A stretch of DNA of 55,781 bases from positions 1-55,781 of the forward strand of contig CAJQLI010000382.1 of NCBI GenBank assembly GCA_905479125.1, in the 5' to 3' direction. The notes under the pieces are model-generated. The model worked only from the letters and a program-made list of their open reading frames with translations, did not search any database and was not told where the DNA came from. Both the position numbers and the translations under genes were made by a program. Below are positions 1 to 9,207 of this stretch, one piece after another (the stretch's first letter is position 1; each line of letters begins with the position of its first letter). Source of the stretch: an uncultured Alphaproteobacteria bacterium (GTDB lineage: Bacteria; Pseudomonadota; Alphaproteobacteria; MPNO01; UBA830).

Positions 1-1
1 C

Positions 2-256
2 GGCGCGGATGATGATGGCGAAGATGACGAAATAGTCGGGCAGATCAAGGAATTGCTCGACACCAGGATACGGCCATCGGTGGCGCTGGATGGCGGAGAC
101 ATTGTCTATCGCGGGTTCGAACGCGGTGTTGTTTATCTCAGCCTGCAGGGCGCCTGTGTTGGCTGTCCGAGCTCGGCGGCGACCCTCCATATGGGGGTTG
201 AGAACCTGCTGAAACATTATGTACCTGATGTGCTGCGGGTAGAGGCGATCGAGTAG
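2..256 (+). CDS. NifU/Nfu-type Fe-S cluster scaffold protein, C-terminal domain (5' end lies outside the window)
   Basis: The frame is open from base 2 ([39 protein letters not shown]...[11 protein letters not shown]...). This is the CxxC-containing Nfu/NifU C-terminal signature. Track ORF 53..256 is only its TTG-initiated tail. Confidence 0.75.
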   Translation, partial: GADDDGEDDEIVGQIKELLDTRIRPSVALDGGDIVYRGFERGVVYLSLQGACVGCPSSAATLHMGVENLLKHYVPDVLRVEAIE

Positions 257-269
257 CGTTTAACGAATG

Positions 270-343
270 CCCTGGCGTGCACCGGGCGCACACCGGGCGC
301 ACACCGGGCGCACACCGGGCGCACACCGGGCGCACACCGGGCG
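270..343. repeat. 11-bp tandem repeat, unit ACCGGGCGCAC
   Basis: Perfect units start at 281, 292, 303, 314 and 325. There is a partial unit at 336-343 and a degenerate copy (7/11) at 270-280. The array sits in the spacer between the nfu stop and the Bax-like gene. Confidence 0.95.
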
Positions 344-439
344 TAAATTGGGCGGATCAGGCGGCAGCCGGTTCGTGGAAGAAACGGGAAAACGAAACCG
401 ACCCAAAAAAACGGGCGGGCTACAGAGGATGAACGAGAC

Positions 440-1480
440 ATGGCCAATTCGGTTAAAGCACCTGCAGGTTCAGGTACGATGTTTCACAAAGCGGCTATTG
501 CCGCCCTGGTTGTTGGCGCGGCGGGGATGTTCGCGGTCGGGGCGCTGACCAAAAAGCATGCTGTTGAAACCGCAGTAGTGACCGGGCCAAAGGCTGCGGC
601 GCAGGCATCTGCCGGTGATGGTGGCAAGTCGGTCTCGGGCATTGGCGAAGCCGCGTTGAATGGCGCCGGGATTGCGAAACCGCTTGATGTGAGCCTGACC
701 CAGACCACCGGAAAATTATGGGCCCTGTTCCGGGATATCGGCTACGAGATCGACGGCGTGCGTGTCCATGGGGAAGTGCCACGGTTGTTTCTGGCGAGCC
801 TGCCGCAGGATTTGAGGCACCAACCGCGCGCAGAAATGCGCAAGACCACCTTCATAAAGTCGACGCTGCCGCTGATCCTGCATGTGAACGAATTGATCCT
901 TCAGGACCGGGAGCGCATTGCGACGCTGCGTGACCACGTTTCCGAAGGCGGGGTACTTTCAGAGCCTGACCGGCTCTGGCTCGAAGCGACGTCGGAGCGC
1001 TATGGCTCGCAGAGCGCCGATCCCGTGGTTTTGCTGACCCATGTTGATATCGTCCCGCCGTCTCTCGCGATTGCCCAGGCGGCGGAAGAAAGCGGCTGGG
1101 GAACGTCCCGCTTCGCGCGCGAAGGCAATGCCCTGTTCGGCCAGCGTGCCTATAAGGCGCACAAGAAAGGGATCGTTCCGAAGGAGCGCCCTGACGGAAC
1201 ATCGTTCAGGGTCCGTGCATTCGATCACCTGATCGATGGCGTTAAATCCTATGTCCATAATCTGAACAGTCATCCGGCCTATCGCGATTTCCGCAAAGCG
1301 CGCGCCATGATGCGTGCCGAGAATGACGGCATCGATGGATACCGTCTTGCCGGCGCGTTGCTTCGGTATTCGGAACGCGGCGTGGACTATGTCAAAACGA
1401 TCCGCGTGATCATGCGGGCAAATACATTGCGGGCCTTCGATGATGCCAAGCTCGGGCGGTCTGTTTCTCCCGACGCTTGA
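440..1480 (+). CDS. Bax-like protein with a mannosyl-glycoprotein endo-beta-N-acetylglucosaminidase (FlgJ-type) domain and an N-terminal membrane anchor
   Basis: LAIAQAAEESGWGTSRFAREGNALFGQRAY... is the glucosaminidase-domain signature. There is a hydrophobic N-terminus (AAIAALVVGAAGMFAVGAL). The start could be 440 or the ATG at 479. Confidence 0.7.
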   Translation: MANSVKAPAGSGTMFHKAAIAALVVGAAGMFAVGALTKKHAVETAVVTGPKAAAQASAGDGGKSVSGIGEAALNGAGIAKPLDVSLTQTTGKLWALFRDIGYEIDGVRVHGEVPRLFLASLPQDLRHQPRAEMRKTTFIKSTLPLILHVNELILQDRERIATLRDHVSEGGVLSEPDRLWLEATSERYGSQSADPVVLLTHVDIVPPSLAIAQAAEESGWGTSRFAREGNALFGQRAYKAHKKGIVPKERPDGTSFRVRAFDHLIDGVKSYVHNLNSHPAYRDFRKARAMMRAENDGIDGYRLAGALLRYSERGVDYVKTIRVIMRANTLRAFDDAKLGRSVSPDA

Positions 1481-1548
1481 CTCAAAACCCGGCATATTGA
1501 TTTCCCTGACCCGGCCGTTTTGTCTTCCGTCAATATCTCGTGGCGGGT

Positions 1549-2595
1549 TTAGCCCTTCGGTACGTAGAACTGCAGTCCGTACCAGTGCCAGCGGCCTTCG
1601 CGTGTCGGCATCGTGCAGTTGATGCGGGCGCGTCCGCTCGGGAAGGCGTTTTCAAGACGAACTTCCACCCGGGCACCCAGCCTTTCCATTCTTGCCTTGC
1701 CCTGCCCCGATGCGTAACAGGCCAGGCCCGAAAGGCGTTTCGCCGCCGGACCGTTTACGGTGAAACCCAGTATCGGTGGATTGTTATCGCGGTTCAGCAG
1801 GGGATCACGGGGCGAAACATCTGACACATTCAGGGGCAGCGCATTGACCGCCAGGCGGAAGCGGCTGTCCCCGCCGAAGTTTTCGTTCATCGCAAAACGC
1901 GGCAGATACGTCATGTCCGCGTCGGGGTGGAGGACACCGGAATGTTGGCCGAAGCCGATGGAAAGCCCGGCTTCTTTTGACACTGCACCGACCGCAAGAC
2001 TGAATTCGCCGAAAGGATAGGCGATGATTGTCGGTACCTCGCCTAGTTCCGTCTTGAACCGGTCATTCGATTTCCGCAGTTCGGCCCGGTTCTGTTCTGC
2101 GCTGGAGGATGCCATGTGCAAATGTGTATGGGTCTGGCTGCCGATCGTGGCGCCGGCTTGCTTCAGCTCGCGTATCTGGTCCCAGCTCATATAGCCGCCA
2201 ATACCGCGGTCGACCGGATCTGTTGCGACGAAGAGCGTGAACGGGAAACCGGCTTTTTTCAGCCGGGGAAATGCTTCGGCGTAGACGGACAGGAAGGCGT
2301 CGTCGATCGAAATACCGACCGTTCGGCCGGGCAATGGCTGTCTTGCCTTCAGCCTGGCGATAATTTCCGGTATCGGCAGAACGGTGTATTCGGGCTTGGC
2401 GAGTTCTGCGAGGTGTGACTCGAATTGCTCGAGACGGATATTTGTGGATGGATGCACGCTCTCGCCGAACCGGTGATACATCACGACGACGGCGGAACTC
2501 TGAGGCTCTGCAGCCTGGGCGGGCATCAGTGTTCCTGCCGCTACGGTAATGGCAAATGATAGCGCCAGTATTCGTTTTCGAATAATTTGTGTCAT
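1549..2595 (-). CDS. Secreted polysaccharide deacetylase family protein (NodB-homology domain)
   Basis: Signal peptide MTQIIRKRILALSFAITVAAGTLMPAQA. NodB-like motifs ISIDDAF, HTHTHLHM and AYPFGE are present. The track ORF extends to 2628, but the ATG at 2595 gives a canonical signal peptide. Confidence 0.75.
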   Translation of the reverse strand: MTQIIRKRILALSFAITVAAGTLMPAQAAEPQSSAVVVMYHRFGESVHPSTNIRLEQFESHLAELAKPEYTVLPIPEIIARLKARQPLPGRTVGISIDDAFLSVYAEAFPRLKKAGFPFTLFVATDPVDRGIGGYMSWDQIRELKQAGATIGSQTHTHLHMASSSAEQNRAELRKSNDRFKTELGEVPTIIAYPFGEFSLAVGAVSKEAGLSIGFGQHSGVLHPDADMTYLPRFAMNENFGGDSRFRLAVNALPLNVSDVSPRDPLLNRDNNPPILGFTVNGPAAKRLSGLACYASGQGKARMERLGARVEVRLENAFPSGRARINCTMPTREGRWHWYGLQFYVPKG

Positions 2596-2723
2596 CGTAA
2601 TTTCCATAGTCCCACCCAGAATTCGCACTGTAGTGCGTCAATAATTCTGTTCACAAGCACGTTATCAAAAGATTTACGGATATTCTCGTTCTTCCGGCTC
2701 GATATCCAGCCTGTATTTGGTGG

Positions 2724-3326
2724 TTATGTTTGCGTGCCCCCGGAACTTCCTGCGGGGCCGTTTGCAGCGCCAGGAGGCATCATTGGTTCGGGAAGGTCGG
2801 CATCCTGAACAAGGTCGTAGTCACGCGAATTGAACAGTTGATAGTGCCACCATTCATTGCGGTAAAAATCCCAACCGGCAGTCGTCATGATGCCCATCAG
2901 CAGGTGACGGTTGCGTTGCGCCCCGGCATCCACGCCGGGATTGCCATGATGCGAAAGCGGTGTGAACGCGTCGAAGCCGGTTCCCATGTCCAGGTCGTTA
3001 CCTGCTGTATCTATTAACGTCAGATCGACGGCGACACCGCGTGAATGAGGTGAGCCGCGATTGGGGTCTGCAAGGAATTCGGGGTCGGGTGTATGATGCC
3101 AGAGTGCCCATTGAGCTTCTGTGGGGCGGAGCGCATCAAAGACGCGAAACCGAAGGTCCAGGATACCTGCCAACCGGATTGCCTCTGCCAGGGCAGAGGC
3201 TGCCTTTTCATGCAGATAGCAACCGGGCCGGGCATAAACCGGCGCTCCCGTAAAGTTGTCGGGTGTTGCATAGACGATTTCGATTTCGACATCGAAGTCC
3301 GGTTTGCGGATCTCGACCAGGGTCAT
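2724..3326 (-). CDS. ddpX: D-alanyl-D-alanine dipeptidase (VanX/DdpX family)
   Basis: MTLVEIRKPDFDVEIEIVYATPDNFTG...SPHSRGVAVDLTL...EWWHY is the VanX/DdpX zinc dipeptidase pattern. The internal ATG at 3326 is preferred over the track start at 3431. Confidence 0.85.
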   Translation of the reverse strand: MTLVEIRKPDFDVEIEIVYATPDNFTGAPVYARPGCYLHEKAASALAEAIRLAGILDLRFRVFDALRPTEAQWALWHHTPDPEFLADPNRGSPHSRGVAVDLTLIDTAGNDLDMGTGFDAFTPLSHHGNPGVDAGAQRNRHLLMGIMTTAGWDFYRNEWWHYQLFNSRDYDLVQDADLPEPMMPPGAANGPAGSSGGTQT

Positions 3327-3412
3327 GTATTGCTCCTGCTGGTTCTCGGGCCAGAGATAGACGATAAAGCTAACATGACTGGATCGAATCATATGACAGG
3401 CAGTTTCCCGCC

Positions 3413-4108
3413 ATGACCCTGATTCTGGCACTTGAGACCAGCGCGGATGTTTGTGCGGTCGCCTTCGTCGGTGATGGCGAGGTGCTCGGCACGCGCGAGG
3501 TGGCGATGAGCCGTGGTCATGCCGAACTCCTTGTGCCCATGGTGCAGGAACTGGCGGAGACGGCGGGGGTTGCGCTGACAGCGCTTGATCTCATTGGTGT
3601 CACGCGCGGCCCCGGTTCCTTCACCGGCGTGAGGACCGGTATTGCGGCGGCACGCGGGTTCGCGATTGCGTCCGGGGCGCCGGCGATCGGCGTATCTTCC
3701 CTTGAGGCAGTTGCGCGCTGTGTTGTCGGCAGGGCGCCGGAGCCCTGCCCCGTTCTTTGCGTCATGGATACACGCCGTGCAGATTTTTTCACCCAGACAT
3801 TCGATCATGCGGGCGCGGCAATCGGCGCGCCCGAAGTAATGAAGGCAGATGACCTGTTTCTGCTGATCGGGTCGATGCAGCCCGTCCTCGCAGGCAACGC
3901 GGTTTCGAGATTGCTGCAGTCCTATGACGGAGATCCGGATCTGCTTCGACGGGACCCGGGGGCCGGCAACCCTGATCCCGTGGATGTTGCGGCGATCGCC
4001 CGGACGATTTTTGAGAGACAAGGGGTGGCGCCGGATACGCTCTCTCCCCTATATCTGAGGGCGCCGGAGGCAAAACTTCCCGCGAACGGAGGACGTTTGA
4101 AGCGATGA
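3413..4108 (+). CDS. tsaB: tRNA threonylcarbamoyladenosine (t6A) biosynthesis protein TsaB
   Basis: MTLILALETSADVCAVAF...GVTRGPGSFTGVRTGIAAARGFA is the YeaZ/TsaB signature. It is followed by rimI with a 4-nt overlap, which is the conserved arrangement. Confidence 0.85.
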   Translation: MTLILALETSADVCAVAFVGDGEVLGTREVAMSRGHAELLVPMVQELAETAGVALTALDLIGVTRGPGSFTGVRTGIAAARGFAIASGAPAIGVSSLEAVARCVVGRAPEPCPVLCVMDTRRADFFTQTFDHAGAAIGAPEVMKADDLFLLIGSMQPVLAGNAVSRLLQSYDGDPDLLRRDPGAGNPDPVDVAAIARTIFERQGVAPDTLSPLYLRAPEAKLPANGGRLKR

Positions 4109-4590
4109 CAGGTTATGAACTGTCCATGGTCGAAGAATCCGATATCGGCATAATGGCGCGCATTCACGCATTGTCGTTCGATGATGCATGGACCGGCGCG
4201 ATGATCCGGCGAATCCTGGCAATGCCGGGGGCTCACGGTATTGTTGCGCGGCACGAACGCAAGCAGACGGTGTCGGGTTTTGCCTTGCTGCGCCAGGCCG
4301 CAGATGAATGTGAAGTATTGTCGCTGGCTGTTTCGCCAGACCTTCGGGGCGACGGCGTTGGCGGGTTTCTGCTGGACGGGGCGATGGAATACGCATCGGT
4401 CGCGGGGGCAATAAAGCTTTTTCTCGAAGTTGCGGAGGATAACGATGTCGCCCGCCGGCTATATGAGGGCCGGGGGCTGGCACCCGTCGGAAGAAGGCCC
4501 GATTACTATACGCGCAAGGACGGGACGACCGCCGCTGCGCTCACAATGTCCTGCCCGCTTGAAGCGCAAGCCGTGCGGGCGCCTGGCTGA
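4105..4590 (+). CDS. rimI: Ribosomal-protein-alanine N-acetyltransferase (GNAT)
   Basis: GNAT core (LSLAVSPDLRGDGVGGFLL...LEVAEDNDVARRLYEGRGL). Its start overlaps the tsaB stop. Confidence 0.75.
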   Translation: MTGYELSMVEESDIGIMARIHALSFDDAWTGAMIRRILAMPGAHGIVARHERKQTVSGFALLRQAADECEVLSLAVSPDLRGDGVGGFLLDGAMEYASVAGAIKLFLEVAEDNDVARRLYEGRGLAPVGRRPDYYTRKDGTTAAALTMSCPLEAQAVRAPG

Positions 4591-4640
4591 CGGACGCCGT
4601 CTTGGGCCCACAGTTGTTCCCAGGCCATATCTGCCGGTGA

Positions 4641-4892
4641 CTACTTTTTCTCTATAACGAGCGTGTATAAATCTGAATCCGGCTGTACCCGGTCTATCGT
4701 CACAATTCGATGGCCCAGTTCAGTTAGAGAATCAGGCACGTTTTTTAAAGGTTCATCACCAACAAGCCTGATTTCCAGCATTTCCCCTGCATTCATCTTC
4801 TCTATCTGCAGCCGGGCTTTAACGAATGTCATCGGACACACTTCCGCCGTGATATCGAGAAAATAGTCAGCGAGCTTATTTTTTCTATTCAT
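4641..4892 (-). CDS. TusA/SirA-family sulfurtransferase-like small protein
   Basis: The 83-aa product carries the LDITAEVCPMTFVKARLQIEKM... CP-x-P-type active-site motif and the two-layer alpha/beta pattern of TusA. The gene is visibly more AT-rich than its surroundings. Confidence 0.7.
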   Translation of the reverse strand: MNRKNKLADYFLDITAEVCPMTFVKARLQIEKMNAGEMLEIRLVGDEPLKNVPDSLTELGHRIVTIDRVQPDSDLYTLVIEKK

Positions 4893-4974
4893 CTATCAAG
4901 TATTAAAAAAACATTGCGAATCTGTAGATACAATCTTATAAAGACGCCGTTTCTATTGATCAAAGGCTCGATTT

Positions 4975-5385
4975 ATGAGTGAGAATTCTTCTAGCGATGG
5001 CAGCGCAATGATTGCTTGGACAGCGGATATAGTCGCATCCCATGTTCAAAACAACAGCGTAGCGATTAGTGATTTACCCGTTCTTATCAAGACGGTTCAT
5101 GAGTCCCTGGCGGGTCTGGGCGGTGAGGCCGCGGCCGAAAAGCCGCAGCCGGCCGTATCTGTTCGACGTTCTGTGACGCCGGATTTTATCATTTGTCTGG
5201 AAGATGGTCGGAAACTCAAGATGCTGAAACGGCATCTGTCGACAGCCTACGGCATGTCTCCCGAAGAATACCGCGAAAAGTGGGGATTGCCCGCCGATTA
5301 TCCGATGGTTGCGCCCAATTATGCCAAACAACGCAGTTCGCTGGCAAAGAAGATCGGTCTTGGCAAACGCCGGGGCGGCGAATAG
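4975..5385 (+). CDS. mucR: MucR/Ros family zinc-finger transcriptional regulator
   Basis: The C-terminal block IICLEDGRKLKMLKRHLSTAYGMSPEEYREKWGLPADYPMVAPNYAKQRS is the Ros/MucR signature. Confidence 0.85.
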   Translation: MSENSSSDGSAMIAWTADIVASHVQNNSVAISDLPVLIKTVHESLAGLGGEAAAEKPQPAVSVRRSVTPDFIICLEDGRKLKMLKRHLSTAYGMSPEEYREKWGLPADYPMVAPNYAKQRSSLAKKIGLGKRRGGE

Positions 5386-5478
5386 TCGATTCACTGTATT
5401 CGTTCGCAGCCATGTTCGGACGACAATTTTTTGACTATACTGTTGCCATTGCCTAATTTCAGAGGCGTGGAAACGTCA

Positions 5479-5913
5479 ATGCCCTCACGAATAGAACAGC
5501 TATGCAAAGATAAAGGCCTGAAGATGACCGGCCAGAGGCGGGTCATCGCGCAGGTGCTATCTGCTGCACAGGATCACCCCGACGCAGAGGAGCTGCACAA
5601 ACGTGCGGTTTCCATTGATGATCGGATCAGTCTTGCGACGGTTTACCGGACGGTCCGCCTGTTTGAAGAAGCGCAGATCCTGGAGCGACACGATTTTCGC
5701 GATGGCCGTGCGAGATTCGAAACGGCAGAAGATGGTGATGGACATCATCATCACATTATAAATGTGCGCACCGGCGAGGTCGTTGAGTTCGAAGACGAAT
5801 CACTGGAAGCACTTAAGCGCAGAATTGCTGCGGACCTTGGGTTCAAGATCGTTGGCGAACGGCTCGAATTATATTGCGTGCCGATCGGTGATGACGAAGA
5901 GGTTGAAAAGTGA
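5479..5913 (+). CDS. fur: Fur-family metalloregulator, alphaproteobacterial Fur/Mur type
   Basis: LCKDKGLKMTGQRRVIAQVL...ISLATVYRTVRLFEEAQILERHDFRDGRARFE...HHHHIINVRTGEVVEF closely resembles rhizobial Fur/Mur. There is no CxxC pair. The ATG at 5479 is preferred over the track start at 5431. Confidence 0.85.
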   Translation: MPSRIEQLCKDKGLKMTGQRRVIAQVLSAAQDHPDAEELHKRAVSIDDRISLATVYRTVRLFEEAQILERHDFRDGRARFETAEDGDGHHHHIINVRTGEVVEFEDESLEALKRRIAADLGFKIVGERLELYCVPIGDDEEVEK

Positions 5914-5947
5914 GTGTGCCGGCGAGCGGCCCAAAGGCAATTTCCTG

Positions 5948-6778
5948 ATGGATGGTGCGGAAGTTCCAGAAGAGACGTTTGACCCGATTCATGTCGGCAA
6001 TCTAGTCGCTCGTCTGGCGAATACCCCCGAAGAGATAGAGGCCGCGCAGTCTCTTCGCTATCGCGTTTTCTATGATGAGATGTCCGCAATACCGTCGGCC
6101 GAGGCAAAGGCCAAGCGTCGGGATTTTGATCGTTTCGATGAGATCTGCGACCACCTTCTGGTGATCGATACCAAGCGCACGGATTTGCCAGGCGGCGTTG
6201 TCGGCACCTACCGCCTTCTCCGCAGTACGGTCGCCGAGAAGAAGGGTGGTTTCTACACGGCCGATGAATATGATATCGGGCGCATAATTCATGGGCAGGG
6301 CCCGACGCTCGAACTCGGACGCTCCTGCGTCGAGGAAGAATACCGCAACCGGCCGACGATGCAGCTGCTCTGGCAGAGCATCGCGGCATATATTTTCCAT
6401 TACGATATCGCGATTATGTTCGGTTGCGCGAGCATGCCGGGCACAGATCCGAAGGCGCTCGCACTGCCACTGTCGTATCTGTACCATTACCATTTGGCGC
6501 CGCCCGCGCTCCGCCCGGTTGCCCTGAAAGAACGCTATGTCGATATGCGCCTCCTGCCGGAGGATCAGATCGACCAGCGCCGGGCACTGGCCGAATTGCC
6601 GCCGCTCATCAAGGGCTACCTTCGTCTCGGCGGCTTTGTCGGCGATGGTGCGGTGGTTGATCATCAGTTCAACACCACGGATGTCAGCATCATCGTGAAG
6701 ACTGACCTGGTGACAGAAAAATACATGAAACACTATGACCGCAAGAGCCGGCGCGACGGCGAAGACGAGGGACTCTAG
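5948..6778 (+). CDS. olsB: GNAT-like N-acyltransferase, ornithine lipid synthase OlsB type
   Basis: EEIEAAQSLRYRVFYDEM...LELGRSCV...PPLIKGYLRLGGFVGDGAVVD is the OlsB/hemolysin-like acyltransferase pattern. The upstream part of track ORF 5762.. overlaps fur and was dropped. An acyltransferase gene follows directly. Confidence 0.7.
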   Translation: MDGAEVPEETFDPIHVGNLVARLANTPEEIEAAQSLRYRVFYDEMSAIPSAEAKAKRRDFDRFDEICDHLLVIDTKRTDLPGGVVGTYRLLRSTVAEKKGGFYTADEYDIGRIIHGQGPTLELGRSCVEEEYRNRPTMQLLWQSIAAYIFHYDIAIMFGCASMPGTDPKALALPLSYLYHYHLAPPALRPVALKERYVDMRLLPEDQIDQRRALAELPPLIKGYLRLGGFVGDGAVVDHQFNTTDVSIIVKTDLVTEKYMKHYDRKSRRDGEDEGL

Positions 6779-6781
6779 TCA

Positions 6782-7588
6782 ATGGGATCGCCGTTGCGGG
6801 CCTTTGTCCGGATCGCCGCTTATCTCGCCGTAACGGTCGCGCTTGTTCCCATCCAGGCTTTCGCCGTGCGGTTCAATCGAAAGCTTTCTGTCCGGCTGCC
6901 GCTTTTTTACCACGGGCTCTGCGTCCGGATCCTCGGCTTCCAGATTCGCACGCACGGCAAAATGGCGGCTAACGGTCCGGTCCTGTTCGCCTGCAATCAT
7001 ACATCTTATTCGGATATTTCTATCCTCGGAGCATTGCTGCCGGCTTCTTTTGTTGCGAAGGCGGAGGTCGCCGGCTGGCCGTTTTTCGGCGGCCTCGCCA
7101 AACTGCAGCGCACGGTATTTGTCGACCGACGTCCGGCAAAGGCGACGATGCAGCGGGATGAAATGGTCCAGCGGCTGGAGGACGGTGACAATCTGATTCT
7201 CTTCCCAGAAGGCACAAGCTCCGACGGGAATGCCGTTCTTCCCTTTAAAAGCGCATTGTTCAGTGTGGCTCAGGTTGAGCCAAACGGGGAGCCTCTTCTC
7301 GTGCAGCCGGTTTCAATCGCGTATACGCGGCTCGACGGCATGCCGGTCGGGCGGGCGTTGCGGCCGTATTTTGCGTGGTATGGCGATATGACCCTGGCGC
7401 CCCATTTCTGGGAAGTCGCCGGGCTTGGCCATGCAACTGTTGACGTGGTTTTTCACCCTCCGGTTACAATCCGCGATTACGAGACGCGAAAAGGTCTGGC
7501 CGAGCATTGTTTCCAGGTCGTTGCCGGTGGCGTATCCGTGGCCAATGCCGGCCGTTTGGACGGACTTCAAACCCTCGGGGCATCATGA
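6782..7588 (+). CDS. olsA: Lysophospholipid/lyso-ornithine lipid O-acyltransferase (PlsC family, OlsA-like)
   Basis: H(x4)D acyltransferase motif CNHTSYSDI and a later FPEGTSS block. It lies 3 nt downstream of the olsB-like gene. Confidence 0.7.
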   Translation: MGSPLRAFVRIAAYLAVTVALVPIQAFAVRFNRKLSVRLPLFYHGLCVRILGFQIRTHGKMAANGPVLFACNHTSYSDISILGALLPASFVAKAEVAGWPFFGGLAKLQRTVFVDRRPAKATMQRDEMVQRLEDGDNLILFPEGTSSDGNAVLPFKSALFSVAQVEPNGEPLLVQPVSIAYTRLDGMPVGRALRPYFAWYGDMTLAPHFWEVAGLGHATVDVVFHPPVTIRDYETRKGLAEHCFQVVAGGVSVANAGRLDGLQTLGAS

Positions 7589-7803
7589 CCGGCGGCGGTA
7601 TCTGCGTTGCGCTTTTCGGGCGGACAGATCGGTTGACAGTTTGAACCCCGATGCTAGTTTGCGAAAATTGAGCAGTAGCACAAAGTTGCGCAGTGCGATG
7701 AGTGCGCTGGCGGCCGTCCAGGGTGCCGATGCCCCGGGTGACCGGTGCTTGGGCGACAGACGTTCCGACAAAAAACACTGACAACCGATCCGGGAAAGCC
7801 TCC

Positions 7804-9207
7804 TTGGCGAAAACGCTTCATATCAAGAATTATGGTTGCCAGATGAACGTGTACGATGCCGCCCGCATGTCGGACGTGCTCGCACCGCTCGGGTATCGTC
7901 ACGTCGACGCACCTGAGGATGCCGATCTGGTTATTCTGAATACCTGCCACATCCGCGAAAAGGCGGCTGAGAAAGTGTATTCTGAATTGGGACGATTACG
8001 CGCACTGAAGCAGGGGCGTGCGGACGGCGCGGTGCCGATGATGATCGGCGTGGCCGGGTGTGTCGCCCAGGCGGAAGGGGCGGAAATGGTCCGCCGCGCG
8101 CCTTATGTAGATCTGGTCTTCGGGCCGCAGACTTATCATCGCCTGCCCGAGATGGTGGCCCGCGCAACACGCGAAATGTCCGGTGGCCGGGGCGCGGGGC
8201 GCGGTATAATCGATACGGAATTTCCGGTTGAACCGAAATTTGATTTCTTGCCGGAAGCGGCGTCGCAGGGCGCATCTGCGTTCCTGACCATTCAGGAAGG
8301 GTGTGACCGGTTCTGCGCATTTTGCGTCGTGCCCTATACCCGCGGTGCAGAATATTCCCGTCCTGCCGCCGACGTGATCGCGGAAGCCAGACAACTTGTG
8401 GATGGCGGTGCCCGAGAAATTACGCTGCTCGGCCAGAATGTGAATGCCTATCACGGGCAATCCCCGTCGGGCGGTGAGTGGCGGCTGGCGGCGCTGGCAG
8501 CGGAGCTTGCCGGGATAGAGGGTGTCGAGAGGATTCGGTACACGACGTCACACCCACGCGATATGACCCCCGACCTGATCGCCGCGCATGGTGAAATCGA
8601 TGCGCTGATGCCTTATCTGCATCTGCCGGTGCAGTCGGGCTCGGATGCGATACTTGCGGCGATGAATCGTCAGCACACGGCGGCGGATTATCTGAAAATC
8701 ATTGATCTGCTGCGCGCCGCCAGACCAGATATTGCGCTTTCGTCTGATTTTATCGTGGGTCATCCCGGAGAGACCGACGCCGATTTCGACGCGACGCTGG
8801 ACCTGATCCGCGAGGTCGGTTACGCGCAGGCTTACTCCTTCAAATACAGTCCGCGCCCCGGTACCCCGGCGGCAGCGATGGAAGATGCGGTGCCTGAAGA
8901 AGTGAAGTCCGAGCGGCTTGCGCGATTGCAGGCGCTGCTCAATGAGCAGCAGATGTCGTTCAACGAAACCTTTATCGGCACCACTCTGCCTGTCCTGTTT
9001 GACCGGCCCGGGCGTGGTGATACGCAGCGTGCAGGCCGCAGCCCGTGGATGCATTCCGTCCACGTGGACTTTGGCACCGCAGCCGAAGCGGCTGCTGCTT
9101 TCGGTCGGACTGTCGATGTTCGTATTCTTTCTGCCCACCCCAATTCTCTCGCGGCGTTGCCCGTTCAGGGCAGAGACGCCGCCCTGCAGGAGCCAGCGAC
9201 CGTTTGA
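7804..9207 (+). CDS. miaB: tRNA-2-methylthio-N6-dimethylallyladenosine synthase
   Basis: [16 protein letters not shown]..., radical-SAM motif [15 protein letters not shown], and a TRAM-like C-terminus. The maximal ORF begins with GTG at 7702. The TTG at 7804 gives the usual short N-terminus, and the ATG at 7729 is also possible. Confidence 0.9.
   Translation: MAKTLHIKNYGCQMNVYDAARMSDVLAPLGYRHVDAPEDADLVILNTCHIREKAAEKVYSELGRLRALKQGRADGAVPMMIGVAGCVAQAEGAEMVRRAPYVDLVFGPQTYHRLPEMVARATREMSGGRGAGRGIIDTEFPVEPKFDFLPEAASQGASAFLTIQEGCDRFCAFCVVPYTRGAEYSRPAADVIAEARQLVDGGAREITLLGQNVNAYHGQSPSGGEWRLAALAAELAGIEGVERIRYTTSHPRDMTPDLIAAHGEIDALMPYLHLPVQSGSDAILAAMNRQHTAADYLKIIDLLRAARPDIALSSDFIVGHPGETDADFDATLDLIREVGYAQAYSFKYSPRPGTPAAAMEDAVPEEVKSERLARLQALLNEQQMSFNETFIGTTLPVLFDRPGRGDTQRAGRSPWMHSVHVDFGTAAEAAAAFGRTVDVRILSAHPNSLAALPVQGRDAALQEPATV

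Noticed and set aside
270-343. The possibility that the short repeats are a CRISPR array.
   Set aside because: The units are directly abutting 11-mers with no spacers, and there are no cas genes in the window.
138-548. ORFs 138..335 (-), 217..447 (-) and 267..548 (+), which encode reiterated peptides such as APGVRPVCARC and PGAHRAHTGR.
   Set aside because: They are translations of the 11-bp tandem array in different frames. The repetition is a DNA-level feature, and 11 is not a multiple of 3.
5762-5947. An N-terminal extension of the olsB-like ORF that overlaps fur by about 150 nt.
   Set aside because: The extension has no family similarity. Family-like sequence begins right after the ATG at 5948, so the overlap is an artefact of taking the longest ORF. 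The same reasoning applies to the long track starts of ddpX, lnt, nusA, ylxR, gyrB, mutM, dnaA, DUF3501 and the 2-hydroxyacid dehydrogenase.
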